A stretch of DNA of 45,753 nucleotides from an uncultured Candidatus Saccharibacteria bacterium (GCA_964616145.1 CAZTRD010000004.1:17777-63529); one strand, 5' to 3'; shown: positions 28,588 to 36,791, counted from the first letter of the stretch. The notes: a model not told the origin generated them from the sequence alone. Translations and numbers: made by a program.

Positions 28588-28953
28588 ATGTTAAGTTGGA
28601 ATATAGTTAAAAGACTTCCCTACGAAGCTAACGGGGATATGTTTAGATATGCTGATGGTAAAACCCAAAATGTATTTTGGGTAGTTAATGGCCCCTTTAA
28701 GGCCCGTTTAAAAGTTATAGGATGGGATAGAACGATTAAAGCACAATATTATATTTTAAGAAACTTGGAGAGTGGTAAGAAAGTTTTTATAGCTTTCCGA
28801 GATATGTATATAATACTTAAAACTAAGGATTTGAAGAAGGGGGAGTTTGAAGGGAATTGGATAGGAATTGGGTGGGGTGGGAATTACGGACTGCGTATGC
28901 ATGAATCCGATCCGGATTGTCCTCCCGGATATGTATTTACTGATGAGGAGTGA
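28588..28953 (+). CDS. hypothetical protein
   Basis: 121-aa ORF with AAGGAG upstream. Confidence 0.75.
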   Translation: MLSWNIVKRLPYEANGDMFRYADGKTQNVFWVVNGPFKARLKVIGWDRTIKAQYYILRNLESGKKVFIAFRDMYIILKTKDLKKGEFEGNWIGIGWGGNYGLRMHESDPDCPPGYVFTDEE

Positions 28954-28954
28954 T

Positions 28955-29041
28955 GGAGGGTATGTTAAGTTGGTATAACGGTTGAGTTGCTAACTCAATG
29001 TCCGAAAGGGCACGTAGGTTCGATCCCTACACCCTCCGCCA
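28955..29041 (+). tRNA. tRNA-Ser(GCT)
   Basis: GGAGGGT/ACCCTCC-G-CCA, TTGCTAA loop, long V-arm. Confidence 0.93.
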
Positions 29042-29064
29042 TTTTGTATAAAAAGGATATTGTT

Positions 29065-29763
29065 GTGATAATCTTAGGAGATCTACATGGAGATTGGGGG
29101 ACTTTAAAGAAAATACTAAATACTACAGAAGATGAGACAATCATCCAGTGTGGAGATTTTGGGTTCTGGCCAAATACTGGAGAATGGAAGAGATTTAGTA
29201 ATTATCTGAAATACCATCCCCTAAGTCCTAAAAAAATATATTGGTGTGACGGTAATCACGAACATTTTGAATATATAAAAAGACTTAAATTAGATAAGGA
29301 TGGTAAGTGCCAAATTCTTCCGGGATTATTTTATATGTCTAGAGGATCTGTACTAAAAATAGAAGATAAAGTCATTCTATTTTGTGGCGGAGCATCCAGT
29401 ATTGACAGGCAGTGGAGGACTGCCGGTAGAGATTGGTTTCCGGAAGAAGTAGTTTCCGAATATTTTCTATCTGATTTAATTAAAATAATAGATAGGAGAT
29501 TGTGTGGATTCAAAGTAGATATGCTAATTAGCCATACCTGTCCGTATGAAATTAATATGGTTTTAGAAGATGATTTGATAGATCCAACAAGATTTGTGTT
29601 AAATGAACTATGTAAAAGATATTCTCCTAAACGTTTATATTTTGCACATTGGCATGTTCATAAAGTAGGTTGTTTAAATAATACTGAATGGGTTTGTTTA
29701 AATCACAGCAAAAATTTTGATATTGGTTTTAAGGTTGTTTTGACAAAGGAAAAAAGTGCATGA
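29065..29763 (+). CDS. calcineurin-like metallophosphoesterase
   Basis: GDLHG, GDFG, GNHE, SHT, HWH motifs; GTG start downstream of the tRNA. Confidence 0.9.
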   Translation: MIILGDLHGDWGTLKKILNTTEDETIIQCGDFGFWPNTGEWKRFSNYLKYHPLSPKKIYWCDGNHEHFEYIKRLKLDKDGKCQILPGLFYMSRGSVLKIEDKVILFCGGASSIDRQWRTAGRDWFPEEVVSEYFLSDLIKIIDRRLCGFKVDMLISHTCPYEINMVLEDDLIDPTRFVLNELCKRYSPKRLYFAHWHVHKVGCLNNTEWVCLNHSKNFDIGFKVVLTKEKSA

Positions 29764-29975
29764 AGAGTGTTACTGAATACACAGTGGTTGAAGAAGGTTC
29801 CATAGTTCTTCCAGAAGATATTGTAGATATTTTGGAAGAGGCGTATTTGACGAAGGATATTGTCGGCTCCTCTCTTATCGATGCTTTTGAAATTTTTAAA
29901 GGAGATGATGAGGATACGCACACTAAGATTAGAGTTACAGCTAAGGTTTCTGTAACTATTGAAGAGGTTAAGTAA
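29760..29975 (+). CDS. hypothetical protein
   Basis: ATGA-coupled 71-aa ORF. Confidence 0.65.
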   Translation: MKSVTEYTVVEEGSIVLPEDIVDILEEAYLTKDIVGSSLIDAFEIFKGDDEDTHTKIRVTAKVSVTIEEVK

Positions 29976-29986
29976 GAAAGAAATAA

Positions 29987-30074
29987 GGCCGAGTGGTGTA
30001 ATTGGCGAAACACGCGAGACTTAAAATTTCGTGGGAGAAATCCCGTGAGGGTTCGAGTCCCTCCTCGGCTACCA
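29987..30074 (+). tRNA. tRNA-Leu(TAA)
   Basis: GGCCGAG/CTCGGCT-A-CCA, CTTAAAA loop, long V-arm. Confidence 0.93.
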
Positions 30075-30118
30075 TTATGAATTGTATACGTTTTCAGGTA
30101 GATCACTAGGAGAAAACT

Positions 30119-30502
30119 ATGTTTGTTGTGTACAACGCTGTGGATGATGAATTTCTATCTAAGTTTAATAAAAAAGAACCTCTAGAATCTCTGTTCGATT
30201 ATAAATACGAGTTTTTAGCAGATATTCGAGAGACTACAGAAGACTTTGCTGTTTTTTCCACAGCAGAAGATGCCCAAAAAGTTTGTGATATTCTTACGGA
30301 AGCATGTCTGGATGATATGATGGAAGGTGCGGCTAAACCGACTAAACCGGCAAAAATGTCGGACGAAGCCTTTAGAGATTCGTTGAAAGAAGACGTAAGT
30401 TTTATAGTTAGAGAAATAGTTGAGAAAAAGGTTTGGGGATTGACTGATGATGAAGATGAGTATGAAGATGAGGATGATTATGAAGATGAGGATGAACTAT
30501 AA
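30119..30502 (+). CDS. highly acidic hypothetical protein
   Basis: C-terminal DDEDEYEDEDDYEDEDEL; AGGAG RBS. Confidence 0.8.
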   Translation: MFVVYNAVDDEFLSKFNKKEPLESLFDYKYEFLADIRETTEDFAVFSTAEDAQKVCDILTEACLDDMMEGAAKPTKPAKMSDEAFRDSLKEDVSFIVREIVEKKVWGLTDDEDEYEDEDDYEDEDEL

Positions 30503-30635
30503 ATTTTAATTAATTTGCATAGGGTACTATATTCGGAGACAAATGTTTTCGATTTTAAGTTTTGTCGGAGTAGTGTCATGGGATGGCTAGGTGTTTTAGG
30601 AATGTTTTTACTAATCCTTCATTTTGGAGTGTGAT

Positions 30636-30869
30636 ATGGATGATGGTCCTGAACTTAGAGAAACGAAGCTGGCTAAGAAAGTGCTAGAGTTTGAACTTGA
30701 GTTTGGAAATGGTTCTCACAACTCAACATTATTCGATAGTATAGTAGATTTGCTTATTACTAAAGGAATAACAAGTAAGGAAGAAGTTTTGGATTTTGTT
30801 GAAAAAGCTTTAGATAGTAAGACTGCACTTAAGAGAGCCCACAAATCAACTCAATCAAGGATGTTTTAA
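30636..30869 (+). CDS. hypothetical protein
   Basis: GGAG RBS before ATG 30636. Confidence 0.65.
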   Translation: MDDGPELRETKLAKKVLEFELEFGNGSHNSTLFDSIVDLLITKGITSKEEVLDFVEKALDSKTALKRAHKSTQSRMF

Positions 30870-31037
30870 ATGGCAAGCGCAGTAGGTAAGAAAGCACGAA
30901 AAGCCGGTGGGAATAGATACACTATTAAAAGACGGAAGAGTGCGGAAAAGCATGGGAAAGTGTTTGACAATTCTGTTCTAAAGCCGGAAGCATATAGACA
31001 GAAGAAGGCTGCACATAAGAAAGAACTTAGTAAGTAA
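30870..31037 (+). CDS. small, very basic 55-aa protein (not in ORF track)
   Basis: MASAVGKKARKAGGNRYTIKRRKSAEKHGKVFDNSVLKPEAYRQKKAAHKKELSK; ATG directly after the upstream TAA. Confidence 0.7.
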   Translation: MASAVGKKARKAGGNRYTIKRRKSAEKHGKVFDNSVLKPEAYRQKKAAHKKELSK

Positions 31038-31048
31038 AAAGTCAACCA

Positions 31049-31207
31049 GAAGAGGTATGCCTTAGTAAACACCTAGCGGTGAGTTAATGTAGATTGAATA
31101 CAAAGAGAAACTGTATGTTTGGTTGAGCATAGTTGTCTTGAGTAACAATCACTAGTCCGAATTGTGTGTTTACTAAGACGGTGGGGACCCCACCTTACAG
31201 CCTCTTC
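31049..31207 (+). ncRNA. candidate structured RNA
   Basis: GAAGAGG/CCTCTTC, 12-bp CTTAGTAAACAC/GTGTTTACTAAG, GGTGGG-GAC-CCCACC. Confidence 0.6.
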
Positions 31208-31216
31208 GTTTTGTAA

Positions 31217-31291
31217 GCCCCTGTCGTTCAACGGATAGGACCACGATCTTCTAAATCGTTAACGGTAGTTCAATTCTACCCAGGGGTTCCA
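31217..31291 (+). tRNA. tRNA-Arg(TCT)
   Basis: GCCCCTG/CAGGGGT-T-CCA; ACGAT-CTTCTAA-ATCGT. Confidence 0.92.
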
Positions 31292-31315
31292 CTTTTTAAA
31301 ATTACTGGAGTTTGT

Positions 31316-31501
31316 ATGTGTAAATGTAAGTATTGCGGAAAAGAAATTGAAAATACCCCTTTCTGCAGCGAGCTATGTGAAAGTGAATATATTAAGGGAC
31401 TGAATTCACAAATAGATTTTGTATATCCGGATGGTTTTGATATCTTTCTAAAAGAAATTTTTGAAGATTTAGGGGCGAGTAACTCAATTGGTTTAGAGTA
31501 A
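31316..31501 (+). CDS. small Zn-finger-like protein
   Basis: CKYC...FCSELC; GGAG RBS; 3' end overlaps tRNA-Ile. Confidence 0.6.
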   Translation: MCKCKYCGKEIENTPFCSELCESEYIKGLNSQIDFVYPDGFDIFLKEIFEDLGASNSIGLE

Positions 31502-31550
31502 TGTCCTGATATGGCATAAGTTAAAGGTTCAAATCCTTTCTCGCCCACCA
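31473..31550 (+). tRNA. tRNA-Ile(GAT)
   Basis: GGGCGAG/CTCGCCC-A-CCA; CTGATAT loop. Confidence 0.92.
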
Positions 31551-31560
31551 AAGGATCAAT

Positions 31561-31746
31561 ATGGAAACTGCGGTTTTACCTACGAAGAGTGATGTGAATT
31601 GGATTAAGTGTACTCTGTGTCAGAAGACTGGATGGGTGCCGAAAGAAGGGTGTCCTAAAGGACCTATTAAAAAAAGACTTTTTATACTGAATAAGAAACA
31701 TAAAGTTTGCGAAACATGTTTAAATAAAATATTTTTAAAAAAGTAG
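31561..31746 (+). CDS. small Zn-finger-like protein
   Basis: CTLC...CETC. Confidence 0.65.
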   Translation: METAVLPTKSDVNWIKCTLCQKTGWVPKEGCPKGPIKKRLFILNKKHKVCETCLNKIFLKK

Positions 31747-31751
31747 TTTAA

Positions 31752-31828
31752 GGGGCTATAGCTTAGTTGCTTAAAGCGCGTGATTTGCACTCACGAGATC
31801 GGGGGTTGGAAGCCCTCTGGCTCCACCA
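31752..31828 (+). tRNA. tRNA-Ala(TGC) with C19:G56 elbow swap
   Basis: GGGGCTA/TGGCTCC-A-CCA with G3:U70; TTTGCAC loop; T-loop TTGGAAG. Confidence 0.9.
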
Positions 31829-31875
31829 TTTTATTTGTCTTGTTGGTCTTCGGGTCGGCAATACGGAAAGTGGAA

Positions 31876-32121
31876 ATGTTAATTATTAGAATCAATTTTA
31901 TAAATTGGTGTTTTATTCTTAAGGGGGATATATGGATTGCTGAAAATGAACGGGGTGGAATATTTTATAATTTGGTTGAAAGCTTTAAGTATCTTTTGGA
32001 GAAGAAGGATTTGGAAAATATGTTAGAATTTTGGAGAGCACATAAAGTAAAAGGTTCTGAAGAAGATTTCGAATCTTTTGCAAAGTGGTTTAAGAATGAA
32101 TATGCTGCAAGCTTATTGTGA
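31876..32121 (+). CDS. small paralog-family protein with shared C-terminal tail (...KWFKNEYAASLL)
   Basis: Track ORF 31780 overlaps a tRNA; in-frame ATG 31876 used. Confidence 0.75.
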   Translation: MLIIRINFINWCFILKGDIWIAENERGGIFYNLVESFKYLLEKKDLENMLEFWRAHKVKGSEEDFESFAKWFKNEYAASLL

Positions 32122-32366
32122 GACTTAATATGTTTACTTTGAAAGGTAGTAGTGGAACTGTTTATGATTTTTCTTTTGAAGAGGAGAGGTGGGTAGCTAG
32201 ATGTAGGAGTGATACGGATATAGTTTTTGATACATTGGATTTTGGTTTTGTAGAATTGAGTGAACTGGATTTAAAGGCTTTTGAAATGAGTTTGATAAGA
32301 GGTACTAAAGAATTTAAAGAATTTTGTAAGTGGTACAGAAGAGAGTTAGCTCTCCATCTGTTGTAA
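32118..32366 (+). CDS. small paralog-family protein with shared C-terminal tail (...KWYRRELALHLL)
   Basis: GTGA-coupled ORF. Confidence 0.75.
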   Translation: MRLNMFTLKGSSGTVYDFSFEEERWVARCRSDTDIVFDTLDFGFVELSELDLKAFEMSLIRGTKEFKEFCKWYRRELALHLL

Positions 32367-32381
32367 ATTAAAGGAAGTGAT

Positions 32382-33035
32382 ATGAATGCATTTTTTAAAA
32401 CGATGGTATGTATAAATACGGTTGCTATTATTGTTCTACTGTATTTTATTTATTCTAGTAGAATTATACTAAAGGATATGAATACAGAAATAGCTACTGT
32501 ACATAAGAATAATGAAAATCTATTTAATTTAATGGGGGATGAACTTAGAAATATAAATAATGATGAGATATATGCATACATCAAAAAAGAATTGGAAACT
32601 TTAAGATACACATCTGTATTCGATAAGATTTCCATAGAAGATAAGCAGGAGGAACTATCTCTAAGAGTCGATTCAGTAGTTACTGAACTGCTTAACAGAT
32701 TAGGAGATATAAAAACAAATTTTGAATGTAAGTTAAAGAGTAATACAGATTCTGTACTAAAGATAGTTAAACAAAATAATGAAGATACTCAGACAGCTAT
32801 TCAAGAAACTCTACAAAAACTTTCTGTATTAGATAAGAGAGTTGTGGAAAATGAAGTTTTAGCTGTTAAAATTAAATCTCTAGAAAATACTTTGAATACT
32901 GCTGTAGAGTTGATGAAGATTGAGGTTGGAAAGCTTTCTGCTGAAATTGCCAAAGAAGCTGCTGAAAAGAGACTTATACATTACAATTACGACGCTGTAC
33001 TACAGATAGAGAAGCAAAAAGGAAAAGTAAAGTGA
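32382..33035 (+). CDS. N-terminally anchored coiled-coil membrane protein
   Basis: Single N-terminal TM then long heptad-rich region. Confidence 0.7.
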   Translation: MNAFFKTMVCINTVAIIVLLYFIYSSRIILKDMNTEIATVHKNNENLFNLMGDELRNINNDEIYAYIKKELETLRYTSVFDKISIEDKQEELSLRVDSVVTELLNRLGDIKTNFECKLKSNTDSVLKIVKQNNEDTQTAIQETLQKLSVLDKRVVENEVLAVKIKSLENTLNTAVELMKIEVGKLSAEIAKEAAEKRLIHYNYDAVLQIEKQKGKVK

Positions 33036-33232
33036 AAAGAGAAAAAGCTACTGTAGACATAGATAGGGCTATAGAAGATATTTCAGATATGTATGCAGTA
33101 AAATTTGACTTTAAGGAATCTCTAATAGAGTCCGGAGAGTACGATAAACTTTTGGATATATATAAAGCCAAGGGTGGGGAAAAGATCAAAGATAAGTTGA
33201 TAGATCTGCTTTTAGGAAATGTAGAGATGTGA
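33032..33232 (+). CDS. hypothetical protein
   Basis: GTGA-coupled 66-aa ORF. Confidence 0.65.
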   Translation: MKREKATVDIDRAIEDISDMYAVKFDFKESLIESGEYDKLLDIYKAKGGEKIKDKLIDLLLGNVEM

Positions 33233-33278
33233 TGGTGGAAGTAGAAAATAAGTTTTTGGTAAGATTATTAAAATGTAT

Positions 33279-33356
33279 GCGCCTGTAGCTCAGCTGGTTA
33301 TGAGTGGGGCTCTTATAAGGCTCAGGTCCTAGGTTCAAATCCTAGCGGGCGCACCA
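33279..33356 (+). tRNA. tRNA-Ile(TAT), copy 1
   Basis: GCGCCTG/CGGGCGC-A-CCA; GGGCT-CTTATAA-GGCTC. Confidence 0.9.
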
Positions 33357-33426
33357 CTTTTAGGAAATGTAGAGATGTGATGGTGGAAGTAGAAAATAAG
33401 TTTTTGGTAAGATTATTAAAATGTAT

Positions 33427-33504
33427 GCGCCTGTAGCTCAGCTGGTTATGAGTGGGGCTCTTATAAGGCTCAGGTCCTAGGTTCAAATCCTAGCGGGCGC
33501 ACCA
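33427..33504 (+). tRNA. tRNA-Ile(TAT), copy 2
   Basis: Identical to copy 1. Confidence 0.88.
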
Positions 33505-33723
33505 CTTTTGGAATGGATCTTTTATCTATATTACCGGAATAGATTAAGCGCTGGAAAGACTTTTTTTGTGAGCAGTAATTCAAAGTAAGTTGGTCTCTAA
33601 CTGAAATGTATGTGGCCAAAAATAAACTCTTTCCAAATATGTATAGGGGAGTAGCGGGGAAGCAAAGTTTTAACTGCGGTGTCAGAGCACATCCTATACA
33701 TTTTTAACAATTAAGGAATTAAA

Positions 33724-34038
33724 ATGCCATACATAAAAGAAAAATATAGAACCGAAGTACAATCCGACTTAGATCATTTAGTATTTAATATTATAAAAAT
33801 TAGAGATGAGAATAATTTAAAAGATATGGACTTGCTAGGAATCTTAAATTACTGTATAACCACTCTAATACTTCTCTTCGTATCTCGTACAGCCGGTAAA
33901 ATCAGATATTATCTTATTGCTGGAATTACCGGTGTTCTAGAAAATGTGAAGCAGGAGTTTTACAGAAAAGTTGCTGCCGGATATGAAGATGTTAAGGAAG
34001 AAGAAGAGGGAGAAGTCGGATATTCCCGAATATTATGA
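33724..34038 (+). CDS. conserved phage protein (DUF6899-like)
   Basis: MPYIK...LNYCIT...EFYRKVAAGYED pattern. Confidence 0.6.
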   Translation: MPYIKEKYRTEVQSDLDHLVFNIIKIRDENNLKDMDLLGILNYCITTLILLFVSRTAGKIRYYLIAGITGVLENVKQEFYRKVAAGYEDVKEEEEGEVGYSRIL

Positions 34039-34105
34039 GTTTAGTAAAATTTACAGATAATACGTATTCTGTAATTATAAAGTTATTTGGAGAACGGAGT
34101 GTGAA

Positions 34106-34261
34106 ATGAAATATAAAAAGCATTTGGAGACGGAAACTGATAAAAGAGCCTGTAAGAATGAATGTGCTGTCGGGACATCTACTACTAAATATAGAGAAGT
34201 TACCTGCAAAACATGTAAGAATACATATGAATATATTTGGTTAAAAACCATGTCTAATTAG
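34106..34261 (+). CDS. small Cys-containing protein (51 aa, not in track)
   Basis: GGAG RBS; MKYKKH...VTCKTCK. Confidence 0.5.
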   Translation: MKYKKHLETETDKRACKNECAVGTSTTKYREVTCKTCKNTYEYIWLKTMSN

Positions 34262-34270
34262 GGGATTTTT

Positions 34271-34825
34271 ATGCAGCACAGACTTAAAGGAATGCGGTGC
34301 TATCTTTCTGGAGCTATGGATAGAGTAGATGATAAGGGAGTTATTTGGAGAAGATGGATAACTGAGTTCCTAAAATCTTTAGGAGTTATAGTACTCGATC
34401 CTAGCGATAAGAAGATGTATGGGGATGTTAAGTTTAAAATAGAACAGAAAGATTTTAGAAGAGATTGTCTGGATAAGGAAAAATTCGATAGTTTACAAAT
34501 AGAAACTAAAGCACTGCGTTCCGTAGATTTAAGGATGGTGGATATTTCAGATTTTGTAATAGTTTATCTAGATAACAGACAGACTGCCTGCGGAACTTTT
34601 GAAGAGTTATTTAAAGCTAATCTAAGTAAGAAACCTGTTTTGATTGTAGTTGAGCAGGGGAAGAAGGAAGCTTTCGCATGGTTGTTCGGAGTGATCCCTC
34701 ACGAACATATTTTTGAAGACTGGGATTCTTTAAAAACTTATTTGGTAAAAGTACATACAGATGAAACTGTACTAACATATAAGAGATGGATCTTCTTTGA
34801 TTATGATAAGCTTACAGCGGTGTAA
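34271..34825 (+). CDS. nucleoside 2-deoxyribosyltransferase-like protein
   Basis: YLSGAM, DL..VDISD, GTFEEL, KPV motifs. Confidence 0.8.
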   Translation: MQHRLKGMRCYLSGAMDRVDDKGVIWRRWITEFLKSLGVIVLDPSDKKMYGDVKFKIEQKDFRRDCLDKEKFDSLQIETKALRSVDLRMVDISDFVIVYLDNRQTACGTFEELFKANLSKKPVLIVVEQGKKEAFAWLFGVIPHEHIFEDWDSLKTYLVKVHTDETVLTYKRWIFFDYDKLTAV

Positions 34826-34827
34826 TT

Positions 34828-35160
34828 ATGCGTAGAGGTCCTTTAGTACATAAACCTTTTATCTTAACTATAAATGTTAAAGATATTATCCAGGAATGGT
34901 TGTTAATATTTAGGATGGGGCCTAAATTTTCCAGTTTTAAAGCATATGAAATGTTTATAAAAACTATAACGGATACTTGTGAAGTCAGATATTCATTAAT
35001 AAGATTTTGTAAACATGAAGTGTATTATAAGGATTATCAGCATATATTTGGATTTTATTGCTCGGATATTACAGAAGCCAATATTCCTCTCTTTCTGGAA
35101 GAGTGGCGGAGGGTGTGGTTGGTAGAAGGTTTTGACGGATTTTGGTATAGAACAAAATAA
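34828..35160 (+). CDS. hypothetical protein
   Basis: 110-aa ORF. Confidence 0.65.
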   Translation: MRRGPLVHKPFILTINVKDIIQEWLLIFRMGPKFSSFKAYEMFIKTITDTCEVRYSLIRFCKHEVYYKDYQHIFGFYCSDITEANIPLFLEEWRRVWLVEGFDGFWYRTK

Positions 35161-35239
35161 AGGCCTGATACGGCAGAATCTCTCTACTCGTGTCTTTAAT
35201 CTCCACTATACTTTTTAGTTACCAACAGGAGCTCGTGTA

Positions 35240-35395
35240 ATGGGTAAAAAAGTAGCTATTCTCAGGTGTGCGTGCAGATGGTGTGGTAAGACCGTGTACA
35301 CAAAGACAGTCCCTTATAAGAACGAGCCTGAAAAGATTTTAAAATGTGTTTGTGAAGAGTGTGAAGAAGTTGCACGGAATATAAAATACGCTTGA
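35240..35395 (+). CDS. small Zn-finger-like protein (51 aa, not in track)
   Basis: AGGAG RBS; CRWC...CEEC. Confidence 0.55.
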   Translation: MGKKVAILRCACRWCGKTVYTKTVPYKNEPEKILKCVCEECEEVARNIKYA

Positions 35396-35403
35396 GTGCA
35401 TTA

Positions 35404-35476
35404 CGGGGTGTGGGGTAACGGTATCCCGTCTGCTTTGGGTGCAGAAGATTTGCAGGTTCGAATCCTGCCACCTCGA
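35404..35476 (+). tRNA. tRNA-Pro(TGG)
   Basis: CGGGGTG/CACCTCG-A; TCTGC-TTTGGGT-GCAGA. Confidence 0.9.
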
Positions 35477-35504
35477 TAGTTAAGATTTAATTTAGGAATT
35501 TAGG

Positions 35505-36443
35505 ATGATAAAAATATCCCCGAGAACTTGGGAGACTTTAGAAAATGATGCTAAAAATATTTTAAAAACTAATATGGAATATGCTGTAAGTTTTTTAAGT
35601 TTATTTGAAGAGAATTTATCGGATATAATTGTATGCTCGATGGTTTCTAAAGGAGGACAGGGTATACAAGTTAAATATAGTGATTTGTCAACAGCTCTGA
35701 ATAATAACGATAAATACGAATGTGATGTGTACTTTCACGTTAACGGAGGAGGAACTAAGCAAGCTAAAATTAATAAAATTAGAGCCTCCTTCATAGATAT
35801 AGATGTTGGAAGAGATAAGAATGGTAATTATCTACAGAACAATATTGTTAAGAAGAGGAAGGAGGATATAAAATATTATATAACTAATTGCGCAGCTCCT
35901 CCCTCAATAATTTCGGAAACAAGAAATGGATATCACTGTTATTGGTTATTTGATAATACTTTAGATGGACACTCGCCGATGGATTTAGAGAAGTGGAGGG
36001 AGATTCAGCAAAGCTTACTAAAATATTTTGAGCCTGTAGGTGGCGATAGGATGGCCTTAAAGATAAATCAGCTTCTGCGTGTTCCAGGAACTATGTGGAA
36101 AAAGAAATGGACTGGTTTACCAAATACTTCTGTAGTTTACGTCTGTACAGGTAATAAATATACGATAGATTCTTTACATGCCTCTCTAATACCAGCCCCA
36201 GTAAAGAAGATGAATTGGGGGAGTCCTTCTGATCTTACTGCAAAAAAAACTGTAAATACAGGTACTTCCACAACAGTTTCCAATACGGTTTTGGGAACAG
36301 TTATGGAGACTATGAATTTTCTGGCTTTTGTAGCTTATCAAGCTAAACTTGAAAACAAGTATTTTTTACTACAGACTGCGGAAAGGCTTGCTAAAGAATT
36401 AGCATTTCATCACAATCTGTCAGTCGTAATTCCCAAGGTGTGA
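35505..36443 (+). CDS. RepB-like / AEP-superfamily primase domain protein
   Basis: FIDID, ETRNGYHCYW and LLRVPGT motifs. Confidence 0.8.
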   Translation: MIKISPRTWETLENDAKNILKTNMEYAVSFLSLFEENLSDIIVCSMVSKGGQGIQVKYSDLSTALNNNDKYECDVYFHVNGGGTKQAKINKIRASFIDIDVGRDKNGNYLQNNIVKKRKEDIKYYITNCAAPPSIISETRNGYHCYWLFDNTLDGHSPMDLEKWREIQQSLLKYFEPVGGDRMALKINQLLRVPGTMWKKKWTGLPNTSVVYVCTGNKYTIDSLHASLIPAPVKKMNWGSPSDLTAKKTVNTGTSTTVSNTVLGTVMETMNFLAFVAYQAKLENKYFLLQTAERLAKELAFHHNLSVVIPKV

Positions 36444-36603
36444 AATGGAAAAAGATGGTAATACGAAAAACAAGAAAGACAATATCAATACTATTTGTAG
36501 AAAATGTGGAAGGGATAAGTATATTAGTAAGGTTAATGAAAATCTTACAGGATGTGTAGTTCACTGCCCTTCCTGTAAGCATAGACTAGCTAGATTTGAG
36601 TGA

Positions 36604-36678
36604 TACGGGGAGGATGTTAATTTCCAGGCGAGTCTCATAAATTCGTCCACGTGGGTGTGATTCCCACCCCCGTTACCA
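36604..36678 (+). tRNA. tRNA-Met(CAT), initiator-like with atypical D- and T-loops
   Basis: TACGGGG/CCCCGTT-A-CCA (1:72 mismatch), CTCATAA loop, T-loop TGTGATT. Confidence 0.75.
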
Positions 36679-36737
36679 TCTTTTAGTTTGACTTCTATTC
36701 TTCTGGGTGCTAATAGTACAGCAAAAAGGAGAATAGA

Positions 36738-36791
36738 ATGCCAAACATTAATTCATGGAAAGCAGCCGGAAAAGTCACAGCTAAATTTTAA
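36738..36791 (+). CDS. putative 17-aa leader peptide MPNINSWKAAGKVTAKF with hairpin-sequestered RBS
   Basis: AAGGAG RBS; TTCTATTCTTCT (36693-36704) pairs with AGGAGAATAGAA (36727-36738). Confidence 0.4.
   Translation: MPNINSWKAAGKVTAKF

Larger units (their letters stand above)
33209..33504 (+). repeat. exact 148-bp tandem duplication containing tRNA-Ile(TAT)
   Basis: 33209-33356 = 33357-33504; CTTTT at 33209, 33357 and 33505. Confidence 0.95.

Noticed and set aside
33639-33701. yybP-ykoY (Mn) riboswitch suggested by GGGGAGTAGC
   Set aside because: The other conserved loop elements are absent, the element is too short and no transporter gene follows.
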